A stretch of 64,000 bases of DNA from Parcubacteria group bacterium (GCA_943358385.1 CALRGX010000001.1:2380-66379); one strand, 5' to 3'. Shown: positions 37,357 to 47,818, counted from the first letter of the stretch. Notes: generated from the sequence alone by a model not told the origin. Translations and numbers: made by a program.

Positions 37357-39078
37357 ATGTACATATCCAGCCAACACTTAAAAAAATTCCTTCTTGATGC
37401 CGCGCTCGTGGGCAAATCAAATTTTGAAAACGCAGAGCGCGAAAGTGTAAAGACAGGAAAGACGGTGGGTGAGGTGCTAGTGGCCGAAGGCGAGATTGGC
37501 GAAGATGAACTACGCCGTACCTACGCATACATTCTGGGTATCCCTTTCGTCAACCTGAAAGGAACCAAGGTGGATTTCCAAACGCTCTCGATGATTCCAG
37601 AGCCGATCGCGCGCAGGAATAACATTATTGCCTACAGTCACAAGGCAGACGAGCTGGAAGTGGCGATGCTCAATACTGATGACTTGGCGTCACTCGACTT
37701 CATCAAGAAGAAGACGCGTCTCAAAATTCAGCCGCGCCTTACTGATGTGGCGTCAATCAAATCCGCACTCAAGCAGTATCAACACACACTGAACGACAAC
37801 TTGGGCGAGGTGATACGTAAAGAAACGCAGATTCTTAGCACTGGTGATGCAGAAGCACAAAAGCAAGGAGAGAGTGGTTCTGCAGTGCGCATTGTAGATA
37901 CACTCTTGCGCCACGCGATTGCGCAGAACGCTTCCGATATTCACATAGAGCCACAAGAAGAGTCGCTCGTCATTCGGTATCGTATCGACGGTATTTTGCA
38001 TGACGCCATGGTGCTGCCCAAGCAGGCAGCTGCGGCAATTACTGCGCGCGTGAAAGTCCTTTCTAATCTGCGTATTGATGAAAAGCGCCTGCCTCAAGAC
38101 GGTCGATTCGCCATCGAAGCGTCAGGAGAGAAAGTGTCATTCCGAGTCTCGATTCTCCCTGTCTACTATGGAGAAAAGATGGTGATGCGTCTTTTGCGCG
38201 AGACGGTTTCAGGATTCACACTTGAAGCACTCGGTTTTCACGGGTCAGGCCTCGAGCGCATTCACGATGCGATGCGCAAAACCACCGGTCTTATCCTCAC
38301 CACGGGCCCAACCGGCTCAGGTAAATCGACGACACTGTATACCTTGCTCGATATTTTGAACACACCAGGGGTTAACATTTCAACGGTGGAGGATCCAATC
38401 GAATATCAAATGCCGCGCGTAAATCAAACACAGGTGCGTCCTGACATTGGTTTCACGTTTGCTTCCGGACTGCGCTCCCTCGTGCGTCAAGATCCAGACA
38501 TCATTATGGTGGGTGAAATCCGTGACAAAGAGACGGCAAGCCTCGCCATTAACGCAGCACTTACCGGACACTTGGTACTTTCTACGCTACACACCAATTC
38601 CGCCGCAGGGGCGATTCCGCGTTTGATGGATATGGGCATAGAGCCTTTTCTCTTGGTCTCTACACTGCGCGTAGTGATTGGGCAACGTTTGGTGCGAAAA
38701 ATGTGTGACAAGAAAGAGCGTGCACTCACACGTGATGAGCAAACACACTTGGAACAGGTTGTTGATATCGGAACCGTGTTTAAGGCGCTGAAAGATGAAA
38801 AGGTGGTGCAAAAAGCAGAAACGTGGAAAAACATCCCGTTTTATGAGGCGGTAGAGAGTGAAGAGTGCCCTGAAGGCTTTTCTGGTCGTGTGGGTATTTA
38901 CGAAGTGCTGGGGGTGACCGAAACCATCAAGGAACTGATTATGAAGGGCGCGACGTCTGACGAGATGCACACACAGGGGCGCAAGGAGGGCATGCTCACC
39001 ATGTCTGAAGACGGTATCTTCAAGGCGGCGCAAGGAGTGAGCACGATTGAAGAAGTGTTCCGTGCGATCACTGAATAA
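37357..39078 (+). CDS. pilB: type IV pilus / type II secretion assembly ATPase (PilB/GspE family)
   Basis: GspII_E N-domain, Walker A GPTGSGKST, Asp box, His box and the tetracysteine-like motif CDKKE...CPEGFSGRVG. Confidence 0.85.
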   Translation: MYISSQHLKKFLLDAALVGKSNFENAERESVKTGKTVGEVLVAEGEIGEDELRRTYAYILGIPFVNLKGTKVDFQTLSMIPEPIARRNNIIAYSHKADELEVAMLNTDDLASLDFIKKKTRLKIQPRLTDVASIKSALKQYQHTLNDNLGEVIRKETQILSTGDAEAQKQGESGSAVRIVDTLLRHAIAQNASDIHIEPQEESLVIRYRIDGILHDAMVLPKQAAAAITARVKVLSNLRIDEKRLPQDGRFAIEASGEKVSFRVSILPVYYGEKMVMRLLRETVSGFTLEALGFHGSGLERIHDAMRKTTGLILTTGPTGSGKSTTLYTLLDILNTPGVNISTVEDPIEYQMPRVNQTQVRPDIGFTFASGLRSLVRQDPDIIMVGEIRDKETASLAINAALTGHLVLSTLHTNSAAGAIPRLMDMGIEPFLLVSTLRVVIGQRLVRKMCDKKERALTRDEQTHLEQVVDIGTVFKALKDEKVVQKAETWKNIPFYEAVESEECPEGFSGRVGIYEVLGVTETIKELIMKGATSDEMHTQGRKEGMLTMSEDGIFKAAQGVSTIEEVFRAITE

Positions 39079-39079
39079 T

Positions 39080-40297
39080 ATGGCTCGCTTTATATACACG
39101 GCACAGAAAGCAGAGGGAGAAATCTACAAGGGTATTTCTGAAGCAAAGGACAAACTCGAGTTGTTCCAGCAAATCAGGCGCGAAGGAGGGAAGGTGGTCT
39201 CGGTAAAGCTCGATACCAGCACGTCACCGTGGAGCTGGCACTACTGGAATGCAAAAATCACTACGGTGCCCGAGCACGACAAAGTGATTTTCGCTCAGAC
39301 ACTCTCGTCAATGCTCAAAGCCGGCCTCGGGCTTTCTCGCGCGCTTGCGGTGATCGAGCGACAAACACACAACCCAAAATTTTCCAGCGTTCTCTCTGAG
39401 ATTGAAAGCGACATACGTCGTGGTGCACCCTTGAATCAGGCGTTGGCTCGATTTCCCAAAGTTTTTTCAGATCTGTTTGTCTCAATGGTACGTGCTGGAG
39501 AAGAAAGTGGTGATGTGCCGGGCGCTTTGCGCACGGTAGGGAATCAGATGGAGAGTATGTACAACCTTAAGAAAAAAGTGAAAGGCGCGCTCATGTATCC
39601 GTCTATTGTACTGATTGCCATTGTAGGTATTTCTATATTGATGATCACGCAGGTAGTGCCTACACTCGCCGCCACTTTCAAGGAACTAAATGCAGATTTG
39701 CCTCGCTCAACGCAAGTCATGATTGGCATTAGCGACTTCCTCATCGGGCACAGCATTTTGGCCGTTGTGCTTACAGTCATGTTCGTCGGCGGGATTGCGA
39801 CGATTCTGAAAACAACCTGGGGAAAAATAGGAAAAGATTGGGTTGCTATCAACATGCCCCTGATTGGTCCTTTGGTAAAAGAAGTGAATGCGGCGCGTAC
39901 GGCGCGTACGTTCTCGTCTTTGGTTGCCGCTGGGGTTGATATTATTACCGCAATCTCAATCACGCGTGAAGTGGTGCAGAATAGTTTCTTTAGACGAGTA
40001 CTTGATCAGGCAGAGAAAGGGGTAAAGCAGGGCGAACCATTTTCTCGCGCATTCGCACTTAATGAACACCTGTATCCACCACTCGTCGGCGAAATGATTG
40101 CGGTAGGAGAAGAAACCGGAGATTTGAAAACGATGCTCGAGAATCTAGCTATTTTTTACGAAGAAGAGGTGTCGCGCAAAACAAAAGATATGTCGACGAT
40201 CATTGAGCCGTTCCTTATGGTGTTTATTGGTGGCGCCGTCGGTTTCTTCGCGGTATCTATGGTCTCGCCAATCTACTCGCTCTCAGATGCAATCTAG
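39080..40297 (+). CDS. pilC: type IV pilus assembly platform protein (PilC/GspF family)
   Basis: Two T2SSF repeats, three TM helices, and immediately follows pilB. Confidence 0.8.
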   Translation: MARFIYTAQKAEGEIYKGISEAKDKLELFQQIRREGGKVVSVKLDTSTSPWSWHYWNAKITTVPEHDKVIFAQTLSSMLKAGLGLSRALAVIERQTHNPKFSSVLSEIESDIRRGAPLNQALARFPKVFSDLFVSMVRAGEESGDVPGALRTVGNQMESMYNLKKKVKGALMYPSIVLIAIVGISILMITQVVPTLAATFKELNADLPRSTQVMIGISDFLIGHSILAVVLTVMFVGGIATILKTTWGKIGKDWVAINMPLIGPLVKEVNAARTARTFSSLVAAGVDIITAISITREVVQNSFFRRVLDQAEKGVKQGEPFSRAFALNEHLYPPLVGEMIAVGEETGDLKTMLENLAIFYEEEVSRKTKDMSTIIEPFLMVFIGGAVGFFAVSMVSPIYSLSDAI

Positions 40298-40379
40298 GTT
40301 CGTTGACGCTTCGTTTTTACTGCGTTAGCCTCAAGGAAGATGTGGCATGTCGCTGCACACAATAGAGGAGTGACACTCA

Positions 40380-40754
40380 ATGCTTGCAAAGACGCCGCCT
40401 GCGGCTCTCCTGCTTGAGGAAGCGGTACGCTACCTTAAAAGTCGTCAGCTGTGCAAAGGTGTACTCGGTAGATATGCAGACGGTACCGAAGTAGGCTCGT
40501 TCAGCGCGTTTCAGCAACCATGTGCCGACATTGTTTCCGTATGCGCGCATGGCGCAATCTACGGGGCCGCCGTTGCATCCAGCTGGTCTGAGCATGAAAC
40601 CGATGCGCTTTTGGACGAGCTCGACGACTTTGTCGATATGAGGACCGATGGCGTGCACACGTGTGCTCCGGCTTACAATGACGCACGATTTCGACGCAAG
40701 CGCGAAGTCGTCGGTCTCCTGCGGGAGTTCCGTGCGGCGCTCTTGGATCGGTAA
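40380..40754 (+). CDS. hypothetical protein (124 aa)
   Basis: AGGAG 9 nt upstream of the ATG and a terminator hairpin downstream. The overlapping minus-strand ORF was rejected. Confidence 0.5.
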   Translation: MLAKTPPAALLLEEAVRYLKSRQLCKGVLGRYADGTEVGSFSAFQQPCADIVSVCAHGAIYGAAVASSWSEHETDALLDELDDFVDMRTDGVHTCAPAYNDARFRRKREVVGLLREFRAALLDR

Positions 40755-40787
40755 CACCGATGTCATGTAATGTAGGTGCTCACGATG

Positions 40788-40819
40788 GAACCGACGCAGC
40801 GATGCTGCGTCGGTTTTCT
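40788..40819 (+). terminator. terminator hairpin
   Basis: gaaccgacgcagc-gat-gctgcgtcggttttc. Confidence 0.6.
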
Positions 40820-40868
40820 TTGGTGAGTAGACATACTGCCACCCGTGGGCAGCCTTTACGGCCAGCGG

Positions 40869-42035
40869 TTAGATAGCATGCTCTGAGTCTGGCGCCGCTC
40901 TGTGCTTTTCTTGGTCAGCACGAATGAGGCGACTCTCCTCAGTTGCTTGTATACGGCATGATGCTTCTTCCTTTGGAGGTAAGCCAGAGCATGCAATAAG
41001 CGCATCTTGTAGAGAAAAGTAATAAGTGAAACGGCGGGCAGCGTGTGTGTGACAGGTATAGCGAAGAGCTGCGTCCGTGGTAACCATACTGCAGATTTTT
41101 TCTGTGAGTGCAGGTTGTTCATTTGTAAGCAATTGCATACGATTTGCGACTCCCTTGATACAGGCAGTTAATGAATCTGGTGAGGGCGCTTTGACGCACC
41201 ACCCACCCATCTTTGCTGCCATAACTTCATCAAGGTTGCGCTCAGGTGATGCGAGCATCCACCACATGGGGAGCCAGTACATACAGGAAGATAGGTATCC
41301 ATCAATACGCAAACTACCGCATGGTTCCAAGATATTATCTTTGGTTAGTATGCGAGGGTCAATTCCGCCAGACGCCATAGATTTCACTAAATACTCCATG
41401 AAAACACCACCTGCGCAACCTGATATAGGGTGCGATGGGGGGTCTAGGTGGTCGCATGCTGAAAGTGCAACCGACAAGTCTTCAATAGTTGCGTCGTTTT
41501 TAATTGTGGCGAGGAGTCCATGACCAATGCCGTGCTCACACTCGGGCGAGCTCGCACCTAAGGTTTGCCTACATATATCATACAATTGCTGCGAACTGGC
41601 AGCACCGCCTTCTGCGAGTGCGCGTATCATAAAAGAGTGGAAGCATGCGTACCCAAATCGCCCGTCACAGGTAGATATGCCTCGCAGGCCTTCCGTTCTA
41701 TAAAGGACGTCCCCAAAGATGTGTACCTCATCATGCTGGTACTGTGATGGGTACATTTCAATTACTATTGCCAGTTCAGCATATGCCTTATCGGCTCCAG
41801 AGGCGTGGATACGGCCCGTCCAGTACTGTATCTTCTCATCGAGTACAAGTACGGCATAGCCATTTTTATTGAGCGGGGGAGACCATCTGTTATGTGTCTT
41901 GTGTACATACGCAGTACATACGAGGAAGACTGAAGCAATAATGAGCAGGAACATATAGAAGAGAAAAGTCGCCTTTCTTCGCAGCTGCATAAGAACAGTA
42001 TACTCACTAGGTTTTGTGATGCGGCGGGCGGGCAT
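40869..42035 (-). CDS. membrane-anchored Cys/His-rich protein, paralog 1 (CxHGxGHG family)
   Basis: N-terminal TM anchor. Conserved blocks HIFGDVLY, STCDGRFGYACFHSF and ECEHGIGHGLLA are shared with the protein at 61181-62410. Confidence 0.6.
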   Translation of the reverse strand: MPARRITKPSEYTVLMQLRRKATFLFYMFLLIIASVFLVCTAYVHKTHNRWSPPLNKNGYAVLVLDEKIQYWTGRIHASGADKAYAELAIVIEMYPSQYQHDEVHIFGDVLYRTEGLRGISTCDGRFGYACFHSFMIRALAEGGAASSQQLYDICRQTLGASSPECEHGIGHGLLATIKNDATIEDLSVALSACDHLDPPSHPISGCAGGVFMEYLVKSMASGGIDPRILTKDNILEPCGSLRIDGYLSSCMYWLPMWWMLASPERNLDEVMAAKMGGWCVKAPSPDSLTACIKGVANRMQLLTNEQPALTEKICSMVTTDAALRYTCHTHAARRFTYYFSLQDALIACSGLPPKEEASCRIQATEESRLIRADQEKHRAAPDSEHAI

Positions 42036-42113
42036 GCTTTAAACACTCCATGTTACCCACCGCATAAAACGTGCTGCCAGTTTTACGCACGATGTGCGCG
42101 CTACAATGTGCCT

Positions 42114-43895
42114 ATGAAAGTGTCTCGTTTTTCCTCTGTGCCCACTGCGAGGCGAAAGAGTAATTCGCGTGGCGTGGGGCTCCTTGATTCAGTTGTTGGT
42201 GTCGCGTTGATGGTCATTATATTTGTAGGCATTTCGGGGGTGTTTAAGCTCTCGATCGAGTTGGTGAGTAACAACAAAGCGCGGGTTGGAGCTTTGGCGC
42301 TGGCGCAAGGGCACATGGAGTACATCCATTCACTTGATTATGATGCGGTGGGGACCACGGGTGGTATTCCATCAGGTGCGCTCACTGAAATTTCTCAAGA
42401 AACGCTCAATGGGGTGTTATATACCAGACGCACGCTCATCCGCTACATCGATGATCCTAAAGATGGGTTGGGAGTCGCTGATCAAAACAGTATTCCTACC
42501 GATGCAAAGGAGGTAAAGATTGAGCTTTCGTGGGTCACGCGCGGGCAATTGAGAAGTTCTTCTTTGATCACTCGGCGGTCGCCGGATGGTATAGAGCAAT
42601 TGGTACCAGGCGGAACGCTATCCATCTCAGTGCTCGATGCGAGTTCCACGCCAATACAAGGGGCGTTGGTCGATATTGTGAATGCCTCAACTTCTGTTGA
42701 TACGCAGGCATATAGCAACGACACTGGTACAGTGAGTTTCCTAGGCGCTCCTGCAGGTACTGGTTATCGCATTACTGTGTCGAAATCTGGCTACAGTAGT
42801 GCTCAGACATACAATGCGAGCAGTACTAATTCATCGCCTGATCCAGGGCATTTGACGGTAGCACTAAATCAGACAACATCTGCCACCTTTGTTATAGGCC
42901 TGGTTGGGACCCATACGTTCATGACCTACGAGGCTATTCAAGAGAGAATGTGGAATGATACATTTGCTGATGTAAGCAAGCTGTATGCAGTTGCAAGTTC
43001 CACCATTGCAGGCGGAGCCGTGGTCCTTGAGGGAGGCGCTGGTTCTTATGAGCCAGAAGGATTTATACGCGCGGTACCCGTATCAGTAAGTTACTTGTCA
43101 GCCTGGAACGAAGTTCATTTTGCTGACAGTAAGCCAAGTGGCACAGCAATCCGCTATTACATCTACGCAGACGACGTCGGTACGCTTGTGCCTGATGCTG
43201 ATTTGCCAGGCAACAGTAGTGGGTTCACCGCTTCACCTATTGATATTTCTTCGTTATCGACAACCACATACACGACAGTGCGTGTGGGCGCGGTGTTAAC
43301 GACGCTCGATAGCGACGAGACGCCCCGCATCAATGATTGGGAGGTTCGCTACGACCAAGGGCCAATTCCTTTGGGCAATGTGCCATTCACCATGACCGGT
43401 GCTAAGACCATAGGTACTCATTCTGGTGCACCTGTCTACAAATTCATTCAAACGTACCAGACCGATGCGGGGGGTGGACTAGACATTGGTAATCTAGAGT
43501 TCGATACGCATCGCCTCGCCATTGATGGAGCAACACTCGGTCACGATATTGCAGAGAGTTGCCCACCGTTGCCACGTTCGCTATTTGCCGGGGGAGGGTT
43601 GCTAACTCGGTTGTACTTTTTGCCTCATACAGCTCACTCGCTGCGAGTAGATGTTCGTGCGGCTGATGGCACCACGGTGCCGAATGCAAGTGTGCGACTG
43701 TATAGAACCGGCGTGAATACCACCCAGACAACAGGTGGTTGTGGACAAACTTTCTTTTCAAATCTGGCTTGGGGAACGATTAGTGGCGGGAATGCGTACG
43801 CTGTAGATATCACCGCCGCTGGTTATGCGCCGCAGACAATTACTAGCGTTGAAGTGAGCGGGGCCTCCTCGGTGAGCGCTATCGTTGCCCCATAA
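42114..43895 (+). CDS. large pilin-like/pseudopilin-like protein (degenerate prepilin N-terminus)
   Basis: N-terminus RG-VGLLDSVVGVALMVIIFVGISGV resembles a class III signal peptide with Asp at +5. A Thr/Ser-rich beta-rich domain follows. Located after pilB-pilC. Confidence 0.5.
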   Translation: MKVSRFSSVPTARRKSNSRGVGLLDSVVGVALMVIIFVGISGVFKLSIELVSNNKARVGALALAQGHMEYIHSLDYDAVGTTGGIPSGALTEISQETLNGVLYTRRTLIRYIDDPKDGLGVADQNSIPTDAKEVKIELSWVTRGQLRSSSLITRRSPDGIEQLVPGGTLSISVLDASSTPIQGALVDIVNASTSVDTQAYSNDTGTVSFLGAPAGTGYRITVSKSGYSSAQTYNASSTNSSPDPGHLTVALNQTTSATFVIGLVGTHTFMTYEAIQERMWNDTFADVSKLYAVASSTIAGGAVVLEGGAGSYEPEGFIRAVPVSVSYLSAWNEVHFADSKPSGTAIRYYIYADDVGTLVPDADLPGNSSGFTASPIDISSLSTTTYTTVRVGAVLTTLDSDETPRINDWEVRYDQGPIPLGNVPFTMTGAKTIGTHSGAPVYKFIQTYQTDAGGGLDIGNLEFDTHRLAIDGATLGHDIAESCPPLPRSLFAGGGLLTRLYFLPHTAHSLRVDVRAADGTTVPNASVRLYRTGVNTTQTTGGCGQTFFSNLAWGTISGGNAYAVDITAAGYAPQTITSVEVSGASSVSAIVAP

Positions 43896-43902
43896 TACAG
43901 CT

Positions 43903-44502
43903 ATGTTCCGCGATAAACATCGAGGTATAACCATGATTGAAGCTCTCGTCTGGGTCACCGTCTTCGTGGTTTCGATGATGGCATTAATCGTGTCGCTGCT
44001 TTCGTTTTATCGAGCGAATAACTACACACTCGACCAGGCGCAGGCAGTCTCTGATGCGCGCCGAGCAATCGACCGTGTAGTACAGACGCTGCGCGAGGCA
44101 ACGTACTCAAGTGAAGGGGCGTACCCGATCATTGCCATGTCCACATCATCCATTACGTTTTATGCCGATGTAGACGAAGACCCGCTGATCGAGCGCGTAC
44201 GCTACTTTCTGAGCGGCGATGCTATTAAGCGAGGCATAGTTGATCCGTCGGGCGACCCCCCTGCATATACCGCAGCAGAAATAGTGGCGACAACGTCGGA
44301 ACATGTGCGCAACTTGAGTCTCGGGCAGAGTTTCTTCACGTATGTAAACGAGAATGGTGCCACTATAACGAACTTGACTGATGTCGCATCACTCCGCTTC
44401 GTAACAGTAGAAGCAGTGGTGAATGTTAAACCAGATCGCCTTCCAAACGAATTAACGATTCGGTCCGCTGCAGCGCTGCGTAATTTGGACAATGCAATAT
44501 GA
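43903..44502 (+). CDS. type IV minor pilin / pseudopilin
   Basis: Canonical prepilin motif RG-ITMIEALVWVTVFVV, with Gly at -1 and Glu at +5. Confidence 0.65.
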   Translation: MFRDKHRGITMIEALVWVTVFVVSMMALIVSLLSFYRANNYTLDQAQAVSDARRAIDRVVQTLREATYSSEGAYPIIAMSTSSITFYADVDEDPLIERVRYFLSGDAIKRGIVDPSGDPPAYTAAEIVATTSEHVRNLSLGQSFFTYVNENGATITNLTDVASLRFVTVEAVVNVKPDRLPNELTIRSAAALRNLDNAI

Positions 44503-45926
44503 ATCACATTATTTTTTTAAAAAAACGAGGGGTGACCGTCATGTTAGTATTGGTGTTTATGGGTGTCTTTGGCCTCGCCGTCTCGACACTCGCGAGCTAC
44601 ATCTTTACACAATCAAACGTTTCTCGTGCAAAATTGGCACGCGAGCAAGCATTCTCTGTCGCTGAGGCAGGGTTGGAGTACTATCGTTGGTTTCTCGAAC
44701 ATAACCCGGGCAATTTAACGAATGGCACAGGAGCAAGTGGGCCATACGAATACACTGTTACCGATCCGGAAGGGGGCGAATTGGGCACGGCATCCATCTC
44801 AGTCACCGGGAACACGGTGTGCAATGTGCTGCAGTCTATAGACATCAGTTCGGAAGGAAGTGCAGATGCAAACCCAGCATTTTCGCGTACGCTCTCTGCG
44901 CGTTACGCGCAGCCTTCCGTCGCACGCTTTTCACATGTATTGAATGCAAATGTATGGGCAGGGTCCGACCGAAACATTACTGGTCCCTATCACTCCAACG
45001 GTGGCATTCGCATGGATGGCACCAATAATTCCACTGTTTCAAGTGGTGTAGCTACATGGTTGTGTACTTCAAGTTTTGGCTGTAGTCCAAACCAAAATCG
45101 CCCAGGAGTATTTGGGGGAAGTCCTAATTCGTCACTCTGGGAATTTCCTGTGCCGCAGGTAAATTTTGCAGGCATGCTTTCTGACCTGCCATCGCTTAAG
45201 TCGCGCGCACAATCGCATGGTTTGTATTTTGCATCGTACAGTGGTGGAAATGATCGACGAGGGTATTGGCTCATATTTAATAGCAACCGCACGGTCACTG
45301 TGCGTCGGGTGACCGGGACCAACTATGCAGATTCTATTCATATCGACAACATGAGCACATGGGTTCGAGACTATCACCGTATTACCACGTACAACACATT
45401 GGGGACGTACACCATTCCTGCAAACTGCGGGCTTATCTTTGTTGAAGACAAAGTGTGGGTTCAGGGGACCATTTCTGGAAAAGTGACGTTGGTTGCTGCA
45501 GATTTGGTGCATGCAGGATATGCGCCCGACATGATTTTGCAAAATAACATTGGCTATACGACCCCTGCGGGCACTGACGGCTTTACAGCAATAGCCGAGC
45601 ACTCGGTTTTGTATGGGTACGATATTCCGACGAATATGAGCGTTCGCGGCATCTACGTAGCTCAAACGGGGTATTACGGACGAAATCTGTACCCATGCAC
45701 CTATGCACCTTATGACAAACGCACCTCGCTCTTGTTACATGGTTCAATCGTTTCAACACAGCGTGTCGGGACACAGTGGGGCTATACCATGTCAGGTTGT
45801 GGCAGTACCTGGTCTGGATTCAATACACGTACTGACTCATATGACCGTCTTCTTGCACTGGACCCTCCTCCGTTCACTCCCGTAACAAGCGCCGACCATC
45901 GTTTTATTTTGTGGAGAGAGGAGTAA
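44499..45926 (+). CDS. pilin-like protein with N-terminal hydrophobic anchor (PilX-like)
   Basis: KKRGVTVMLVLVFMGVFGLAV N-terminus followed by a large Ser/Thr/Gly-rich domain. The start overlaps the preceding pilin gene. Confidence 0.5.
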   Translation: MNHIIFLKKRGVTVMLVLVFMGVFGLAVSTLASYIFTQSNVSRAKLAREQAFSVAEAGLEYYRWFLEHNPGNLTNGTGASGPYEYTVTDPEGGELGTASISVTGNTVCNVLQSIDISSEGSADANPAFSRTLSARYAQPSVARFSHVLNANVWAGSDRNITGPYHSNGGIRMDGTNNSTVSSGVATWLCTSSFGCSPNQNRPGVFGGSPNSSLWEFPVPQVNFAGMLSDLPSLKSRAQSHGLYFASYSGGNDRRGYWLIFNSNRTVTVRRVTGTNYADSIHIDNMSTWVRDYHRITTYNTLGTYTIPANCGLIFVEDKVWVQGTISGKVTLVAADLVHAGYAPDMILQNNIGYTTPAGTDGFTAIAEHSVLYGYDIPTNMSVRGIYVAQTGYYGRNLYPCTYAPYDKRTSLLLHGSIVSTQRVGTQWGYTMSGCGSTWSGFNTRTDSYDRLLALDPPPFTPVTSADHRFILWREE

Positions 45927-45941
45927 CCACTCGTCCCCGAG

Positions 45942-46694
45942 GTGCGTGCTACACTTTCACCTATGATTCTTGTGTTGAATTGGAAAATGAACCCGAAAAC
46001 CTTGAAAGAAGCGTTTTCTCTCCTGGACGCCACCAAGAAAAGCATCCTACGAAAAAAAATAACTGGTATCGTGGCGCCGCCGTCAGTATTTTTGGCGGAT
46101 ATTGCTAGAAAAAAGGGCACACTCCATGTTGCTGCGCAAAGTATCCATACTGAAGAGTCTGGTTCACATACGGGCGACGTAGCCGCGGCGCAAGTTTCAA
46201 GCGTCGGTGCTGACCATGTCCTCATTGGTCATGCAGAACGACGCGCACTTGGTGAGACAAATGAAGAAGTAGGGAAAAAAGTGGTCGCCGCGCTTGCCTC
46301 ACATCTGGCGCCTATTATTTGTGTCGGTGAGAATGCGCGGGACGGGCAAGGGCACTATCTGGAGACGATTAGGATACAGCTGGAAGCAGCGCTTTGCGAC
46401 GTGTCTAAGACAAAAGCGAAGCACCTAGTGATTGCTTACGAGCCCGTATGGGCCATTGGCGCCGCCAAGCCAATGAGTACGCATGAGATGCATGAAATGA
46501 CTATTTATATCCGCAAATTCCTCTTTTCAAAGTTCGGGAAAACAGGCATGAGCATGCCGATTCTCTATGGTGGTTCTATTGATGGCACCAGCGCTCGTGA
46601 CATGATGCACCACGGTGAGGTAGATGGACTCTTGGTAGGACGAGCAAGTAGTGACATGAGCAAAATGCACGAACTCTTTGATGCGTTGAAATAA
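45942..46694 (+). CDS. tpiA: triosephosphate isomerase
   Basis: VLNWKMN start, catalytic IGHAERR and the YEPVWAIG loop. Confidence 0.85.
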   Translation: MRATLSPMILVLNWKMNPKTLKEAFSLLDATKKSILRKKITGIVAPPSVFLADIARKKGTLHVAAQSIHTEESGSHTGDVAAAQVSSVGADHVLIGHAERRALGETNEEVGKKVVAALASHLAPIICVGENARDGQGHYLETIRIQLEAALCDVSKTKAKHLVIAYEPVWAIGAAKPMSTHEMHEMTIYIRKFLFSKFGKTGMSMPILYGGSIDGTSARDMMHHGEVDGLLVGRASSDMSKMHELFDALK

Positions 46695-46696
46695 AT

Positions 46697-47818
46697 ATGC
46701 GTTACTTTAAAAACGTAGCAGACGCAGAAATCTCAGACAAGAAAGTACTATTGCGCGCTGATTTGAATGTGCCCATGCAAGGGAAGGTGGTTGTAGATAC
46801 CTACCGCATTCGTCGCTCTACGCAGAGTATTCTGCACCTACGTGAAAAAGGCGCAAAAACCGTCGTGTTGGCACACATTGGGCGTGACCCAAAAGAGTCC
46901 CTCGAAGCCGTAGCGGAAGAGTTGCGAAAATATGTTCCCCTTTCGTTTGTGCAGGATCTCACGGGCCCTGAGGCACAAACGGCGATCTCTGCTATGCGAG
47001 CAGGGGACGTGTTGTTGCTAGAAAACCTGCGTCGTGCACCGGGAGAAACCGAAAATGACCAAGCCTTTGTGCAAGAACTGGCACGTGCAGGAGATTTCTA
47101 TGTAAATGACGCTTTTTCTGCCGCACATCGCGCACATGCATCAATTGTTGGGTTGGCCAAAGCATTGCCGCACTGCGGTGGCTACCTGTTGGAAGAGGAA
47201 GTTGAGAATTTATCCTTGGCCCTTTCGCCGCAGGCTCCATCTTTGGCGATTTTGGGTGGAGCTAAATTTGAAACCAAAGAGCCGCTCATAAAAAAATTAC
47301 TAGATGCATATGATCATGTATTTTTGGTAGGTGCGCTGGTGAATGATGCATTAAAAGCGAAAGGGCATGAAATTGGGCGGTCGCTCATTTCCGATGGTGT
47401 ACCTGATATGCAGGTGTTGAATAATCCAAAATTGCTCTTACCTGTCGATGTATTGGTAGAGCGCTCAAATGGACAGGCACGTGTCCGTCCTGTGCACGAA
47501 GTGGCACCCGATGAAAAGATTGTTGATATTGGGCCCGAGTCGTTCGCATCGCTGTTGCCGTATATTCGAGAGGCAAAGACGATACTATGGAATGGTCCTA
47601 CCGGATGGTATGAGGGTGGCTATGACGACTGGACGCATGCACTGGCGCATGCGATTGCCGAGAGTAAGTCTCAATCTATTGTAGGTGGTGGTGACACTGT
47701 TGCTGCAATTGGCAAAAGCGGGGTTGATAAGCAATTTACATTCCTTTCAACAGCGGGCGGTGCGATGTTGGAATTTCTATTGAACGGGACGTTGCCTGGA
47801 TTGGAGGCGTTGGAGTAA
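46697..47818 (+). CDS. pgk: phosphoglycerate kinase
   Basis: LLRADLNVP N-terminal motif, VVLAHIGR region and C-terminal GGGDTVAA. Confidence 0.85.
   Translation: MRYFKNVADAEISDKKVLLRADLNVPMQGKVVVDTYRIRRSTQSILHLREKGAKTVVLAHIGRDPKESLEAVAEELRKYVPLSFVQDLTGPEAQTAISAMRAGDVLLLENLRRAPGETENDQAFVQELARAGDFYVNDAFSAAHRAHASIVGLAKALPHCGGYLLEEEVENLSLALSPQAPSLAILGGAKFETKEPLIKKLLDAYDHVFLVGALVNDALKAKGHEIGRSLISDGVPDMQVLNNPKLLLPVDVLVERSNGQARVRPVHEVAPDEKIVDIGPESFASLLPYIREAKTILWNGPTGWYEGGYDDWTHALAHAIAESKSQSIVGGGDTVAAIGKSGVDKQFTFLSTAGGAMLEFLLNGTLPGLEALE

Noticed and set aside
40377-40766. 129-aa minus-strand ORF antisense to 40380-40754
   Set aside because: The plus-strand ORF has an AGGAG at correct spacing and a downstream terminator in its own orientation. 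The minus ORF has neither.
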